From the human T2T-CHM13v2.0 reference genome, Homo sapiens: a DNA stretch of 64,000 nt. The position numbers and the translations under genes are program-made. Positions 62,995 through 64,000 of the stretch are shown here, one piece after another (the stretch's first letter is position 1; the number at the start of each line of letters is the position of its first letter). The stretch lies in the NCBI RefSeq assembly GCF_009914755.1, contig NC_060933.1; one strand, 5' to 3'. The notes under the pieces were generated by a model. That model had not been told where the DNA came from. It ran no database searches and worked only from the letters and a program-made list of their open reading frames with translations.

Positions 62995-63375
62995 TCCCCT
63001 TGAGGAAGAAGCCTGCACACTTCCCAAAATTTATACTGTTAATCTTCCTCCTAGCCTTCTCCAAACAGGCCTATAACATCTTACCTGGGTGACTGTATAC
63101 TGAGTGAGAAAAGGAAATAATAATGCTTTCCAAAGACTTTTGCACACTGGCTCTAAACTGACATTAATTCCAGGAGATGTAAAATATCACTGTGGTCTAC
63201 CAATCAGAATAAGAGTTTATGGAAGTCAGATGATGAATGGAGTTTTAGCTCAGGTCCATCTCACAGTGGGTCCAGTGGGTACTTCCGGTGGTAGTTCCCC
63301 AGTCCTAGAATGCACATTGGGGATTATATCATAACTGGAATACCCACCAACTGGTAGCATCCCCTCCCTTCCCTC
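62995..63375 (+). mobile_element. ERVL-class internal fragment (gag/protease junction)
   Basis: ORF 63104-63334 KGNNNAFQRLLHTGSKLTLIPGD..HCG.P.R...YG.Q..NGVLAQV.LTVGPVG matches the HERVL-type aspartic protease, with DTG changed to HTG. Confidence 0.8.
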
Positions 63376-63671
63376 ATTCAGTACCCACACTATCTATACC
63401 CCTCTCCAAATAATAGAATAATAGTATTTTATGGTACATTCGCCCCCACTTAAACCAGCTTTCAAGAACACCAAAAAAACATTAACAAGAACAATGACAA
63501 CACACAACAACAAAATATGCACCTAGACAGCGGCTGAAACCTTAAGATAAATCCACTAAACAACAATCTTGATTGACTAGATTTTAAAGGACAATCTTGC
63601 ATAACAAAATATTTCCTCACAACATCTCTGAAGAGTGCATTAGCCTTTGTACTAAAATTATCACAGGCTTG

Positions 63672-64000
63672 TGGTCAGCAAGATGACTGACTAGAGGTGG
63701 CTAACACTCGTTGCCCAACACAAAAAAGGACCAAAACAATGAACAAACAACTAAATTTTGACTAAAGTGACTAACGGAGAGCACTGAAGTACAGTAAGGG
63801 GGTGGTGAAAACCCTGTGAGGCACAGAAAAGCAGGATGACTCTATAGAGAAGGAAACAAAACATCTTGTCTCTGCTACCTCCTCTCCCCGGTCAGGATTA
63901 GCTCAGAACCAGGTGAGCCCTCTCCCTGAAGGGAAAAGTCTTCATGGGCCCTGAGCCCAGTTTAGGGAACTGCCTGGAGTTTGCACAGCTGTACTACTCC
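63672..64000 (+). mobile_element. Possible 5' end of an old L1M element, running off the window
   Basis: CAGCAAGATGACTGACTAGAGG start resembles the CAAGATGGC start of old L1 5' UTRs. Confidence 0.4.

Overview
Primate (very likely human) genomic DNA, AT-rich and repeat-dense. The only cellular protein-coding sequence I can support is the large terminal coding exon of BRINP1 (DBC1/FAM5A) on the minus strand (CDS 46418-45278, 3' UTR to about 44825). Everything right of it is intron, and 1-44.8 kb is downstream intergenic DNA. The rest is mobile-element fossil record: six Alus, MaLR/THE1/MER77 solo LTRs, MER20/MER33/MER58 DNA transposons, MIRs, old L1M pieces, an ERVL protease remnant and two young L1s. 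The first L1 is 5'-inverted (twin-primed), sits inside a 14-bp minisatellite, and uses the same 5-nt microhomology at both junctions. The second is a full-length but coding-dead L1PA2-like element nested in an older L1PA7-like 3' fragment, antisense to BRINP1 and only about 0.9 kb from the terminal-exon acceptor. The best candidate for undescribed biology is this L1/BRINP1 'gene-breaking' arrangement: an antisense promoter and splice donors aimed at the last exon, plus antisense poly(A) signals. It is a hypothesis from sequence, not a demonstrated system. Repeat subfamily names come from recalled consensus features and were not confirmed by a search.
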